The notes beneath the pieces were generated by a model, which did no database searches, was not told the DNA's origin, and was given only the letters and a program-made list of their open reading frames with translations. Source: Octopus sinensis (taxonomy: Eukaryota). Taken from it: DNA of 64,000 nucleotides. Position numbers and translations under genes: made by a program. Within the stretch, counting starts at the first letter, position 1. Every line of letters starts with the position of its first letter. Where the stretch lies: NCBI RefSeq assembly GCF_006345805.1, contig NC_043003.1, forward strand, positions 45,756,001 to 45,820,000, written 5' to 3'. Positions 37,966 through 52,493 of this stretch are shown one piece after another.

Positions 37966-38515
37966 AATTAAAAAATTATTACTTTTCAACTACTTATATA
38001 ATCTTGATTCCACACTGATTCTGCCATCGTAATGAACAGACGTGTGTCTTTGTCAGGACATTTTTGATGCAACTGCACACCTTGGAAACGTCAATGTAAC
38101 ACCCCACTGGACTGGTCTTGAACTTCTTGGACCCTTCAAACGTTACTAACATCCTTTTCCTTTTTTTACGTTCTGTCTCTCATTCGACCAACAGGAACAA
38201 TCATAAATCGTTCGTCCTCCATGTACACCACCGTCAGAAACCTTATGTCGCCACGTTTCCTATCTATGTGCCTACAAACCCTTTCTCAATCTTTCCTTAC
38301 AAATTCTCAAAACAACCTGTTTTAATAGTGTAGATATATTTACTTCGAGATACTCAGTTCCGAAAACAAAGTATGTCACATTCTCTTCAAGTTTATAAGT
38401 ACTTTTAACTATACAACCAAATACCCACGTACACACATATGCACATACATGTATACGTATATGTGTACAGTCAGAAATAGATATATACGCATGTGCATAC
38501 ATATATACATTTATA

Positions 38516-38565
<50 letters not shown>

Positions 38566-38740
38566 AGTGAAATAAAATAATTAATTACAAATTCGTTGAC
38601 AACTACAGCACATTAAAAATGCACGCATACACAAATTGTTCATTTTCTTGTTTTAATAATATATGTTAAGTATCGAAGTTTTTATGATATTCAACTTCGC
38701 TGTCTCACTCATGATACATTAATTCTATGTATCAGTAAGT

Positions 38741-38873
38741 ATATAATTGTTAAAGAGGACAAGAAATATTAAGGCAAGGCAAACATCTCAAGTCGTATAC
38801 AATATTATTTGATGTTTGCCTTGAGATATTTTCCTTGCTTTAAGGTTTGTTGTCCTCTTTAACAATTAAATAT
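38741..38873. repeat. ~130-bp foldback / possible tiny MITE
   Basis: TAATTGTTAAAGAGGACAA / TTGTCCTCTTTAACAATTA outer arms and CAAGGCAAACATC / GATGTTTGCCTTG inner arms. Confidence 0.8.
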
Positions 38874-40299
38874 CCGCTATATCGGAAATCTGCAATGGTT
38901 CCATAACTACCGTCTCGGCTATAACCTTGGAGGCCTAGTAATTCGTTACAGCGCTTACCTAGCGTACCTATTCGTTTAGATCACCTCTGAACTAAAGCCC
39001 ATAATTATGTATATATATATATATATATATATGTGCGTGTGTGTGTGTGGTGTGTGTGTGTAAATGTAGAACGTTCGAATGAGTGTCCCCACATCGCATT
39101 GGTGGATAAATAATTTTATTTGTGAATTAAGGCTACCATTGGTTTCATGTTAAGAAGAGTAGGAAAATTTCCAAGTATCTTAAGAATTTTTCAAACCGAT
39201 CACATGGAGAAATGTGTTCGCTTCCTGAAAGAGAGAAGAAGGGAGAGAGAGATGCGGAGAGAGAGAGAGGGAGTGAGAGAAGGGGAGGAGAGAGAAAGAA
39301 AATTAATGTAGACAGCAGTTGATAATGTTTCACCTAAAAGGAAAATTATAATCATCACCAATATGACTAGGTTGTTAGAAACTCCTACATTGCTAGAAAG
39401 AAGACCTGAAATACTCTGATGCTGTAATCAAAGCACATAACTGTATGTATACTGAGAGGGACTGTAATCGTCCGAAATCACCGTTCGAGAATAGTGTGTG
39501 TGTGTGTGTGTGTGTGTGTTCAGAATAAATTTGGCAATCCTCATTTAACTATATAAAGTGTCCCTAAAATATTTCCCCATGTCATTCGTAAAAGCGTACA
39601 TTACCGAACTGATAGTAAATGACTCGCTAAGTAGAATCACAAATAAAATGTATATTTATTGGTGTAAAATATGAGAATTGTCTGTAAATTAAACAATTCC
39701 GAGACGTCTTCACATGACAAACAATAGGCAAAGAGCTATCAGCATATAAATTATGGACCATTAAACAGCCAGACTAGAATGATATATGCAGTTAAAATAA
39801 TATCAGACAATGGATAATATGACTTTTTAAAGTTTAACAAATGGTTGAATATTTGAGTAAGAATTCGACTATCAGATGAAAAGATTCTTTAAAAAAATAA
39901 ATATAATACACGATTGAATCATTCAATAATATATTACATAAAACTGGATGATTAATCTTGTTCTAATAACCGTAATACGTATAGAAATTATACTTAGATG
40001 TCTTCTGTGTGATAACAATAGATATATCAGGTAAATCGAAAATAAAAGCAATAACGAACTACAAAAGTCAAAATGTTTTAGGATGCTCTGTTAAAGTTGG
40101 AAAAAAGTGGGTGTGTGATATTTCGAGCATGGCTCTTCGTCTGACGAAGAGGAAAGCGGAAACGTCTGGAGTGGCGGAAAGGAATAGTCGGAGAAAAGTA
40201 CGTGTGCGGTTATATGGCTGAAATGACCGGAAGATATTTCAGGTTGTTATACAGTACAATAAATATATTGTACTGTATTATAAAGTATACAATAAATGA

Positions 40300-40515
40300 C
40301 AACCCAATGAAGGCTTCTCTCTCTGCTACAGTTAACGACTTTATAAAGTTCATATGAGGGCCACGATTGAATAACACTTCCTTGTTCGGACGGTACTGCT
40401 TATAAGCATAGAGACATCATAGACCTCATCCAGGGAAGAGAAAATCAACTGATTGGAATTAAACCACTGGCAGATACACTCTAAACTCTGGGCAACAAGC
40501 TCCCTTTTTCTCACT

Positions 40516-40567
<52 letters not shown>

Positions 40568-40810
40568 TCGTATTGTCGCTGTAAAATTACCTCCGTTCTT
40601 GTACTGAATGGCTACGTAACTCTACCACTCAAGTGTCACGAACCTTTTGCCTGTCCAACTCTCGTTACCTTTGTAACATCCAACACTACGCGAACATCGC
40701 ACTCTCCGGCATGACAAAGCTTTCTTTTCTAGAACATCAGCTCTCTGGAATCTTCTACCAGCTCATGTCTTTCTTGCATTTTAAACATAACATTAACAAT
40801 CTCAAACTCA
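40300..40810 (+). mobile_element. Decayed CR1/Jockey-group LINE 3' fragment interrupted by (CT)n
   Basis: TLYKVHMRATIE...DLIQGR..LIG and FSRTSALWNLLPAHVF motifs with stops. Confidence 0.65.
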
Positions 40811-42219
40811 GTGGTTTCGGATGGATTGGAAACGTAATGAGTTTTGCCCATTCTTACAAATTCAGCAACTAACATACGGTTTCCTTTATATTCTGGTGTA
40901 TTATCTTGACCCAGCGAAGAAGTCACTACTCTATCGGTCAGCCTCCAGTAAGTTAGAGCCAAATTTCTCTCAAAGTTTACATTCTCGTAAAAAAAACTGA
41001 AGGTATATATCGGTTCGCTTGCTTTTAATATCACATACCAGAAAATGACATCTGTTTAAGATTTGAATGCAGGTCAACCGATGTTAGTTCCTCAAAAAGA
41101 AATGTTTATTTCTAAAAGTATGTCTGTCATGAAAAGGTCAGTGAAATTGACAATTCTTCAATTCACAAATATTTTGAAAATCCTAAAGAGTTTTCATCAA
41201 ATTCTCACACATCATTTACACACTGTTGTCAGAAATAATGGCTATGACAGGGGCAAAAACAAAAACGATAAACAAGGATGTTCTGTCATTATCTACCAGC
41301 TGAATGTCAGTTATACGCAGGAATATTTTTAAAATTTCAGCATTTTACACGTAAAAGTAAACCTTATATCGTTAAGAAAGGCAAACAATTTTGAACTATT
41401 ACTATAGAAAATTTAGCCTAAAAGGCACTTTGTTATGCTATTCATTGTAATTGCACATGACATTCGCATCGCAATAATTCGATCGATTAGGTAGCATAGG
41501 GTTATATGATAAAGTATATCTCATATTAAACACAATATTCTGCATTTAATACATAGATACCAGAAATGAACTGTAAAGCATCTCGCGAATTCTTGTTTAG
41601 CAGCATCCTAAAAGCAATATCCCGTTCAATCCAGACAGATAAATACAAATAACACAAACACAAGCAACTTGAATATCAATGATGATTAACCAAGAACAGT
41701 GCAGCTCTGAACATCAGCACTCATGTGTATAAAGTAACTACACTGCATAAGATTCATCATAATGTATCGCATTGTATAGTAAAGTCCTCAGTTAGGCAGG
41801 GGCATTGAGAATCCAGGCGGACTAATCATGTCCCAGTTAATTATATAAGAGACTACCTTCGTGCCTTGTAAACACAGCTATGCACCAATGGCTTAGTTGG
41901 TATCAAGTACCATGCTTTCGCTAATTGTTTTAGCTAATTGTTCAAAACACATCATGGAACCATATACTTAACAACACAATGCGACGTACCGACTCTGCCA
42001 ACTGAAAAGGGAGAGATATAAACCTCAACAGCTGGCTGTTACACATTACAGTGACATGAAATGGAGCAACGTGGAAGGAAGTATCTTCCCCAAGAATGCA
42101 ACATGCCGTCCATGGAAGTAAATGAACCTACAAACTTATGATACTAGGCCCTTATTCCAGCCATTAAGCCATATGCCCTGCAGATCATATCTAAACTGTA
42201 CCTACATAATAATAATATT

Positions 42220-43340
42220 CTTTTCTTCTTTAGGGAGGGGCCAGTCGATTACATCGACCCCAGTACGCATTTGGTATTTAATTTATCGAGCCGGAATTGA
42301 TGAAAGGCAAAGCTGACCTCGGTGGAATTTGAACTCAGAGCATAACGGCAGACGAAGTACCTATTTCTTTACTACACTCAAGGGGCTAAACACAGAGAGG
42401 ACAAACAAGGACAGACAAACGGATTAAGTCGATTACATTGACTCCAGTGCATAAATGGTACTTATTTAATCGACCCGAAAGGATGAAAGGCAAAGCTGAC
42501 CTCGGTGGAATTTGAACTCAGAGCATAACGGCAGACGAAGTACCTATTTCTTTACTACACTCAAGGGGCTAAACACAGAGAGGACAAACAAGGACAGACA
42601 AACGGATTAAGTCGATTACATTGACTCCAGTGCATAAATGGTACTTATTTAATCGACCCGAAAGGATGAAAGGCAAAGTTGACCTCAGTGGAATTTGAAC
42701 TCAGAACGTAACGGCAGAAGAAACACCGCTAAGCATTTCGCCCGGCGTGCTAACGTTTCTTATTTCTTTCTTGCCCACAAGGGGCTAAACATAGAGGAGA
42801 CAAACAGGGAGAGAGAAACGGATTAAGTTGATTACATCGATCCCAGTGCGTAACTGGTATTTATTTTATCGACCCCGAAAGGATGAAAGGCAAAGCTGAC
42901 CTTGGCGGAATTTGAACTCAGAACGTAGCGGCAGACGAAATACCTATTTCTTTACTACCCACAAGGGGATAAACATAGAGGAGACAAACAGGGACAGAGA
43001 AACGGATTAAGTTGATTACATCGATCCCAGTGCGTAACTGGTATTTATTTTATCGACCCCGAAAGGATGAAAGGCAAAGCTGACCTCGGCGGAATTTGAA
43101 CTCAGAACGTAGCGGCAGACGAAATACCTATTTCTTTACTACCCACAAGGGGCTAAACACAGAGAGGACAAATTAGGACAGACAAACGGATTAAGTCGAT
43201 TATATCGACCCCAGTGCGTAACTGGTACTTAATTTATCGACCCCGAATGGATGAAAGGCAAAGTCGACCTTGGCGGAATTTGAACTCAGAACGTAACGAC
43301 AGACGAAATACTGCTAAGCATTTCGTCCGGCGCGCTAGCG
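42220..43340 (-). repeat. Tandem array of family B SINE body units (~183-bp period)
   Basis: Six successive GAAAGGCAAAG..GACCT.GG.GGAATTTGAACTCAG cores, with a complete head only at ~43320-43340 and a partial head at ~42725-42760. Confidence 0.95.
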
Positions 43341-43389
43341 TTTCTACCAGCTCGCCGCCCCAATAGTAATAATAATAATAATAATAATG

Positions 43390-43420
<31 letters not shown>

Positions 43421-43431
43421 TAATAATAATA

Positions 43432-43625
43432 ATAATATTTTCTACAATAGGCACAAGGCCTGACATTTTTTTGGGAAAGGGGCACAATGTTTAAAATAAT
43501 ATTTTCTACAATAGGCACAAGGCCTGACATTTTTGGGGAAAGGGGCACAATGTTCAAAACAATATTTTCTACAATAGGCACAAGGCCTGAAATTTTTGGG
43601 GAAAGGGGCACAATGTTCAAAATAA
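43432..43625 (-). repeat. 3 x ~63-bp minisatellite derived from the SINE B tail, within (TAA)n
   Basis: TATTTTCTACAATAGGCACAAGGCCTGA..GGGGAAAGGGGCACAATGTT repeated three times. Confidence 0.9.
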
Positions 43626-43636
43626 TAATAATAATG

Positions 43637-43735
<99 letters not shown>

Positions 43736-43758
43736 TAATAATAATAATAATAATAATA

Positions 43759-44858
43759 GAGAGAAAAAAAATATTATAGACGAGTTAGATCAATACTAAA
43801 AACAGAGCTCAATGCTAAAGACAAGATAAAAGTATTAACACTTTAGCTGTCCCAGTTATAAGTTACAGCTACAATATCCTTAACTGGACACTAAATGAGC
43901 TGACCAAAATAGATAGGAAAACAAGAAAAATAATGACAGGATCTAGGATGCATCACTCAAAATCTGACATAGAAAGACTATATATACAACGTATAGAACG
44001 TGGGAGAGGCCTTATACAGTGGAAAACTACTATAAAATAACCACCATAGGACTGCAAAAATATCTACTTCAGAAGGAAGGAAAACTGATACAAATAGCGG
44101 CAAAACACGAGCAAAACAAAAAACTGTTCTCAGTATTTAAGGAAGCTGACAAATACAAACAAGAAATCATACCACCTAATAAATATGAAGAAGAAGAAGA
44201 AGAAGAAGAAGAAGAAACAACAAAAGCTATAAAACAAATGAAATCCAAACTAAAAATAGAACAGCAACGAAGCTATGATAAAACGATGGCAAGAAAAGCC
44301 CCTTCATGGTAAATACTGGACTAAACTAAACGCAAAAGAAATAGACAAAAAAACCCCCAGGCACACACCAGAAAAGGTCACAGAAAACGAAAAAGCAACC
44401 ATACTCTGGGATATGCCGATACACACAGATAGAGAAATTAAGGCCAACAGACCAGATATAGTTGTCAGAGATCATGAAGAAAAAAATGCTTTCTAATTGA
44501 TGTATCAATACCAGCAGATGACAACGTGTCTCTAAAAGAAATGGAGAAACTTTCAAATTACAAAGACCTGGAAAGAGAGTAACCAGAATGTGGAATCTAA
44601 AAACAGAAACAATTCCTATCATAGTAGGTGCATTAGGCATGATAAAAAAATATTCAGACAAATACATAACAAAAACACCAGGACTTACAAACACATATAA
44701 CATACAGAAAATTGCACTACTAGGCACTGCACACATCCTACGCAGAACACTTTCCATACAATAACCATCAGAGCATCACAACAAATCACAGCACATACCT
44801 AAGGCACACAGAGCTGCGCTCGGTAGTGAAGTGAAAGCACGCTATAAAAATAAAACTA

Positions 44859-44862
<4 letters not shown>
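43759..44862 (+). mobile_element. 5'-truncated R4/Dong-like LINE with internal deletion, inserted in (TAA)n
   Basis: KTELNAK..AVPVISYS..RMHH..DIERLY..GRGL, WQEKPLHGKY, ILWD..NRPDIVV..DVSIP..GTAHILR. The zinc-knuckle segment is absent at ~44350. (TAA)n on both sides. Confidence 0.93.
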
Positions 44863-44904
<42 letters not shown>

Positions 44905-46428
44905 TTGTTCAACAGACACTCTATGCAAGTTGCATTTTAATTTTTCACACTTTTTAGTGCCATCCTAAGTAAAGGATTTCGTTATGTGCGCGCTAATTAA
45001 TAGCTGTAGAAAGAATTTGAAAATATTTATCATACCCAACATTTCGATTTAGAATTCTACCAAATATATCGAGAAAAGTAGGACACAAGATTGAAGTAAA
45101 CGAAGAATGAGAAAAACTCTATTGGAATTATATTCTTCCCTTCAGTTCAGATGTAATTTTCTTTGTGGCAAAAGATTATTGTTCTCTGTGTACAAAATCC
45201 CTCGATGGATTAGAGCCATGTCACTAACAGGCAGAGATTTGGAGAGTAAACCCCGCACCCTGATACTTTCATTACAGATAAAAGTAGGATATTTGTTGAG
45301 GAATACAGACTCCCATATATCTACTTAGAACTTTTTGAACTCAAATGTCAAACTGTAAGGAATGCGCCCTAGATCTTTCGTTGTGCATATGAATATCTAA
45401 ACACAAATATCTAAAAATTGTTCATGACAATAATATATCTGATAAAAACAAAAAAGAAAACGCAAGGAGAGGCAGATAATAGGGGTTGGGTGGGGGTAAT
45501 CAAAATTTCCCACATCAATGGAATTGTGCTAGAGGGTAGGTAAAAGGAAGTAATAGTGAAAGAGGGACCTAATATTTACGCTTGGAATAGAGGGCGGAAA
45601 AAGAAGAACGTCAAAGTAATGATTTCAACGAAGATGACACATACAAGCCCTAAGTTTTAAGAATTACATAGACATTTGGTAGATTGCTGGTGGTGCTACA
45701 GACTGATCGAAAGGTTACAAATGAGTATGTTGGGTGCTGGTTTTAACCCTGCCTTCATTAAAGCAAGAAATTACCATCAACAGAACAAAACGATAACCAA
45801 CATTACAGAGAGTGGACTCGTTAAATCTCGCCAACAAAGACGACCCTGGATAATAACGTAATTATAGACCTCTGACAGGATTTGGTGCACACTTCTCTCC
45901 CTCTTTTTCTTACCCACTATCTCACACACACCAACATACGCACATATTTAATAGATAGATAGATCAATTTAGCTAACTATACATATATAGATGTATTTTA
46001 TATGAATTATATATATATGTATATATATATGTGTGTGTGTCTCTGTGTGCATGTGTGTATGTGTGTATGTGTACGCGCATACAAACATACTCACAAACAT
46101 ACACATATTATAATCGACGTTAAAGAATGCAAACATACGGTTTTATGTATGCGCACTTTATGATGGTGATTATGTGTGCATGTCAAGAGACACACACACA
46201 TGTACACAGATACTTATGTACATACACACATATATGCATACTCTTCTTATGGATGTGTTAGTAAGTATGTGGGTCTGTGTACATATATATGTGAGCACGT
46301 GTTCGTATATATACATCTATATACACATATATGCATAAACGTTCGTAAATCCATATATCATACATTCATATATTCATAGAATCATATGTACATATATACA
46401 TGCGATGCTTAAATACATAAACAATACA

Positions 46429-46477
<49 letters not shown>

Positions 46478-46481
46478 GTTT

Positions 46482-46513
<32 letters not shown>

Positions 46514-46614
46514 GCGTACATATTTACATACGTTCTTATATGTATCTGTGCCTGCGCCTGAATCTTTCTATGAGTTTATTCGTGCCAGGCACACTTGCAT
46601 GTGTGCATTAATTA

Positions 46615-46646
<32 letters not shown>

Positions 46647-47689
46647 CCAACATCCTCCTTATCATCATCATTACAATCTTCGTCATCATCATCATCATCA
46701 TCATCATTATTATCGCTGTGAGTATGAGGGACATCATGCTCACCATGAGCAGTTATCATAATTCAACTTTAACCTTTGAGAATATATCATGCGACAGTTA
46801 TTTAACGTCCCCAGCAACCAACTTTTTCTGATATTTCACGAAAAACCCGCCTCCCCATTTTTCTTGTTATTTCTAAGGGTCAATTAATTATAAAACAAAA
46901 GTGCTAGGCTAATGACCCCTAAAGGAACACAAAAGGATTCCTTAATGCATACTTTCCCCTCCGGCCCCATGTTTAGGATGTGGTGAAAATGGTGTGGGTC
47001 TAAATTGATTAGCGGTGTTTGAAAATGTTGTTTGATTATAGCCTGATGGGTAATTATAGTGGAGGAACTTGTCCAAACGGCGTCAGCTCTTCAAATGATA
47101 ACCGGAACATGTCCGGTGGTGGTGATGGGGGGATGGTAGGGGTGATGGTTGGATAGGCGGGGCTGAGAGGTAGGTGGAAAAGATGATAGTCAAATGAAAT
47201 ATGTATAAGGGAAAACTGATGGCTAAAAGACATTTATACATGGGTGCGTCTATCCGTGTACGTGTGTGTGAGTGTGTGAATGATTGTGTATGTGTGTGAG
47301 TGAGTGTGTGTGTGTGTGTGTGAAAGTGTGTGCGTATGTTTATATGTGCATAAATAGAGAAAGTAGGAGGAAGAGAGAAAGCTGATTGAAGGGGATTTTA
47401 GAAAGAGTAAAAGAAAATTATTAAATATTTAGGAAGGAGCGAGATGGAAAGAAAGAAAGAAAGAAAGAAAGAAAGAAGGAAAGAAAGAAAGAAAGAAAGG
47501 GAGAAAGAAAGATAGAAAGAAAGGGAGAGATCTTGTTAGAGAGAAGAAGCGATTGCGGGAAGAGACAGACGTGGTCATTAAAAAGCGAGAACATGAGCGG
47601 TATGAAATATTAACGGAATGGAAAAGGGTAATATAAATATATAATATTTGAATGAGTGTATGAGTGTACATATGCAGGAAAACGCAGAT

Positions 47690-48070
47690 GCATACAGACA
47701 CCATGCGTGTATACATACATACAAGCATACATAAATGCATACAGATATATACGTACATACATATGTGCTTGCATACATGCACACATACATACATATGTGC
47801 TTGCACACATACATATATATTTACGTATATATATGCATGCATGCATACATACATATGTGCATGCATACATATATATGTGCATGCATACATACATGCATGT
47901 ATACATACATGCATGCATACATACATATACATACATACACACAGACATATACATACATACCTACATACATGCATACAGGCATATACATACATACATACAT
48001 ACATACATACATACATACATGCATACATACATACATACATACATACATACGTACGTACGTACGTACATAT
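47690..48070. repeat. Degenerate (TACA/TGCA)n tract flanked by purine-rich (GAAA/GA)n DNA
   Basis: Read directly; this explains the 339-aa ORF at 47429-48448. Confidence 0.9.
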
Positions 48071-49026
48071 ATGGGTGGGTTCAGTGAGATATGCAATTAT
48101 AGATAACTGCATACATGAATAAAAACATACAGCAGAGATGAGAGAGGGAGTGAGAGAGAAAGAGAGAGAAAGAGAGAAGGAAAGCGAGAGAGAGAAGGAA
48201 AGTGAGAGAGAGAAGGTTAGTGAGAGAGAAAGAGGGAGGAGAGACAGAGTAAAATTATTGAGAATGAATGCAGAAAACGTAAGCCGGTGGGAGGAGGGAG
48301 AAGCGGTGTTGGTGTGAAAGAGATAGAAAAAGAGTTGGGAAGAATATAGAGAGAGGGGTAAAAAGATGGGGGAATGATACAAACAGTGATAAGAGTGTTT
48401 TGATGATGTAGATGAAGGAAATAAAAGGGACGAGAGATTAGATGTCATTCTCCAGATATAGGCTGGGGTCTGGCGAGTATCGAGCTTAAGTCAGTGAAAC
48501 TGGGGACATCCCTAGGATGAAAAAAAAAGGGAAGATAGAGAGAAAGGTGGAACATTAGCGATGGAGGAAGAGAGAGTGTAGTTTGTGATGAGGTTGATAT
48601 GTCATGTGTTGTGTGTGATAATTGATTTATAGGAGTGCAGTGAGGCGTTTAGTTTTGGTTTTGAGGGGACTGTAGGGGTTTTTTAGATTGAAGGGCGGCA
48701 AGGCCAGAAGGAAGAACTGCAAGAATAAGAGGTGGGGAAAGGGGAATAATAGGTGATAGGATGGCACAACTGCCAACTGGCTTCCTGACTGACAGAGAGA
48801 TAGATAGATAGATATGTACATGCACACGTAAATATACAAATATGTGTGAGTGAGTGTGTGTGTGTGTGTGTGCGTCTGTGTGTTTGTGTGTGTATTTGTG
48901 CGTTTGTATTTGTGTGTGTATATGTGTGTGTGAGTATTTGTGTTTATGTGTGTGTTTGTGTGAGTGCATGTTTGGGTGTATATGTTTATAAAGGCAAAAA
49001 AGATTGATATATTGATAGATTCATAA

Positions 49027-49191
<165 letters not shown>

Positions 49192-49919
49192 CACACATAC
49201 ATAGACAGATATTAAGCAAGCGTTTATGTGTGTCTGCATATATATATATATATATATATAAATCTATATGCACACATATATACATATATTAAACGTGTTC
49301 TATAAGAACTTATATATATATATGCATATATATTAAACATGTGTTCTATAAGAACTTCACCTCCTGATTTCCCCTTCTTCTTCTTCTCCTTCCAATTCCT
49401 CCTCTTTCACGTTTTATTACCTTTCTCTCCTTTCTCCTTTTCCTCCTCTTCCTTTCCTCACAGTCTTTCCATCTTCACCTTTTCCCCTCTTTCACTTTCC
49501 TTTCTTCCTCGACATTCCCCTCTAATCCCACTTCCCTGTCTTTCTCACCCTCTGCACCTTTATTTCTTTCTCTCCCCTTTTCACCCTCTCCCTAACTTCC
49601 CCACCTCCTTCTCTTCCTTTTCTCTACTTCCTCCAGTTCGTCCACTTCTTCTTCATGTCATTTTCATCTTCTTCCCCGTCTTCTTATTATTGCTATTATT
49701 CTCTTTCTTATTTGTTGCTGTTGTTGTTCATCTTCTTCTTGTCTAACATTTTTCTATCGCTTTTGAAATTTTTAGTATATTTTAGATTTTTAGTGGCATA
49801 TATGACAAAGGGGTGCCAACAAGAAGAAAAAACTAGCATTTGCTACTCCTACTTCTCAACGCTTACAATCAAGGTCCCTAATACTGAAAAAAATAATAAT
49901 AATAAATAAGAAACTTCTC

Positions 49920-50400
49920 ACATATGGTTTCCATGCTTCAATGGGGGGAAATTCGACCTTACAGACTGTGTTCGGGCCGTCATGTCCTCCTTAATGAGAA
50001 TCAGCTGAAGAAGGTAACTCACGAGGATCCGTATCAATCCACTAGGAAATTCACCCAGCAGGCGGACGCTCTTATTATAGATACTGTCACACAATCACCT
50101 TCCCTTAATGCTTAAGGTACAAAATCTCGGTGCATAGGCGTTTCAGGCTCAATCGACGATACGTGTGCTTCTTCAACACGACACCACTCACCTTTCCGTC
50201 GCTAATTCTATTCAAGTGCTAACAATCAAGGGTACCTGAATTTTTTTTTGTCAAATGTTGTAGAAGATTTCATGATTAGTATTAAATTTTTATAGGTTCC
50301 CTACTACGCCCGAGCGTTAATATCATGTGACTATATTTTTTGCGCAAAAAATCAAGGATGGAACATTTGAATGAACATGTCTTGTAACAGTCCCAAACGA
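49920..50400 (+). mobile_element. Highly decayed mariner transposase remnant
   Basis: CSGR..LNENQLKKV.HEDPYQSTRK (RSGRP..D..LK..VE.DP.QSTREL-like) and a degenerate PY.P.L.SCDY motif at ~50300-50335. Confidence 0.55.
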
Positions 50401-50639
50401 AGGTTCTCTAAATTTAATCTCTTGACCAGTGTAATGGACAGGAATAATTTCGATATAATCTAATGGTTGAATAGTTGCGGTTTGTGTCTATTTATGTATG
50501 CATCAAATTTTGCTATTAAATGTTTTTTTTTTCTAATCAGTCAACTCCTATGAAGATATACAAGCTGCCAGTTAGTAGTCATGACTGTGTCCAAAGTTTA
50601 GGTTGTTAACTGTATTAATTCAACATGTCAAGTAGTAGA

Positions 50640-52020
50640 ATGAGTTTGTATATGATAGTTGTTCGTGAGTGAAGTTTGTTAAAGTTTACTCAATCTTCGT
50701 TTGAATTTTTCTATGAATATATATTCTTTGTCTATCGTGCTTGGTCTATGTGTCCACTAAGTGGCATCTGTCTCAAATTGGGGTTTCGTATATTTTGTCT
50801 ATGAAAAGTAAGTCTATTTCTAAGAGAAAGAATTGCTTGACCTGTGTAATCCTCCTTACATCCTTTACATTTAATAGCATATGCTAAATTTTCTGACGAA
50901 CAGATAAAACGATATTTCATAGTAAAAATCTGTCCCAATTTAAATTTATATTTATTGCTTCAATGAGCTTCATGCAAATCCCGCAATGAGGGCGGCCACA
51001 CTATTTGACTGTTGGTGTGAGTACTGCGGAGGCTAATTCAGCATTGGTGAGCAATTTCTTGAAGGATTTTGATTGCCTTTCGCTATTTAATCATGTTTTG
51101 TATTTCGAGTGTTTGTTTTATTCTTGCGTCTTGTTACAGTAGTGGAATGTTCCGGTGGATAATGTTTTAAACATCTGTGTTTTTTGGGTTGTGTGTTGTA
51201 ATCAAGGGTAGAGCATTTGGTGTATCTGAAGAGCTTTTTGCTTTCCGGAATTCTTGAATGCTATTGCTTTGGCACGCTCCATTCTGTTGTGTATTAACAT
51301 TGACGGTTGTTTTCACTCGAAAAGTATTCGCTTTAATTCACGGAAACTTTTATTACGAGTGTATTGTTTGAAACAATTGTACAGGTTCTTCTTGCTAGAT
51401 TATAAAAGGAATATTAATTTTCGTATGTTGGAGATGGCATGATGAGAACAGCAGGTATTGTATAGAATCTTTCTTTTTGTAATGAATGTCTGTTTCAATT
51501 GTTTTGTCTGTTTTGATGATTAAAATGACCAGGAATGGTAGATAAATTTTACTTTACTCCATGGTGAAGTTGATTTTACTGGTAATTAGGTTTTTGAAAT
51601 GAATAAGTTTGTCAAACGTGTGCGTCCACAAATTCAGGGAGTTATGTTAAGTAGCGATTCCAATTTTCAAGTAACTAATTATGGAAGTCCAAGCCATATT
51701 TCAATTTACATTGTTCATATAATTTGATCTCCATATATGGCATGAGTAAATTTGCGTTCGTCAGAGCGACTTTTGTACCCATCGTGCTCCCAGATATTTC
51801 TTCGTAAATATCATTAAACTAACAAAAGTTCTTTTCAAGGATGAATTTTAACCCTTCGGTAATAAAATCACTTTCAGTTATGTCTGGGATTTAAGAGGGA
51901 TTCTTTCTAGCCAGAGACCTATTGACTCTAGTCTACTGTGGTGCGGGATTGTGGTAAAATGTTTACTACACCGAGTGATACAATAATATCTTTGTTAGGT
52001 AGGTGGTTTCGCAGGTTTAT
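50640..52020 (-). mobile_element. Decayed Penelope-like element (RT + GIY-YIG endonuclease)
   Basis: Minus strand: HLP..IIVSLGVVN (LVSFDV motif), SGSTMGTKVALTNANLLMPYME (GTAMGT.AP.YANL) and FICSSENLAYAIKCKGCKEDYTGQ..LRNRL..HR (GIY-YIG with CxxC). Confidence 0.9.
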
Positions 52021-52460
52021 GTATGTGTGTATATGTATATATTTGAGTATATGTATATATGTTTGTGCGTAGTATGTGTGTGTGAGAGTGTGTGCGTATC
52101 GGTCTATGCTCATGCGCACGTGTTTGCGTTTAGTCATATCGTCAAGCAAAATTTTCCCTGAAGAAATAATTATTTACAAGGAAACCTTTCCTTGTAGAAT
52201 ATTTTCAATGGCACCTTTCCTTTCGATAGCTTGCATATGATATTTTGACATTTCTCTATATCGATTCATTATTTAATAAGAGCCGCTAATATAACACCAG
52301 CGCCACCATATATTGGGTTCAACCAGGTATACAACGCAAAAGAAGATATCAATCAATCAATGCTAAATGTCTGGCGTCTTGTACTTTTCTTCTAGAAGTC
52401 TTCCGTGTAATTTTCCTAGCGCACAAGCACACACATAAGCATAATCTAAACACGGTAGGT

Positions 52461-52493
<33 letters not shown>

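Noticed and set aside
40118-40170. Hammerhead-like motif around the palindrome CTCTTCGTC-T-GACGAAGAG
   Set aside because: The plus strand has CTGACGA and GAAA but no stem II. The minus strand has stem II (GAG/CTC) and GAAA but CAGACGA and no stem I. At most a dead relic.
42220-43625. CRISPR-like regular repeats
   Set aside because: The units are SINE-derived, the intervening sequences are not unique spacers, there are no cas genes, and the context is eukaryotic.
47429-48448. 339-aa ORF, and the many YI/HT/CV/LSIY-rich ORFs throughout the window
   Set aside because: These are translations of (TA), (CA), (TACA), (TATC) and (GA) microsatellites with no domain content.
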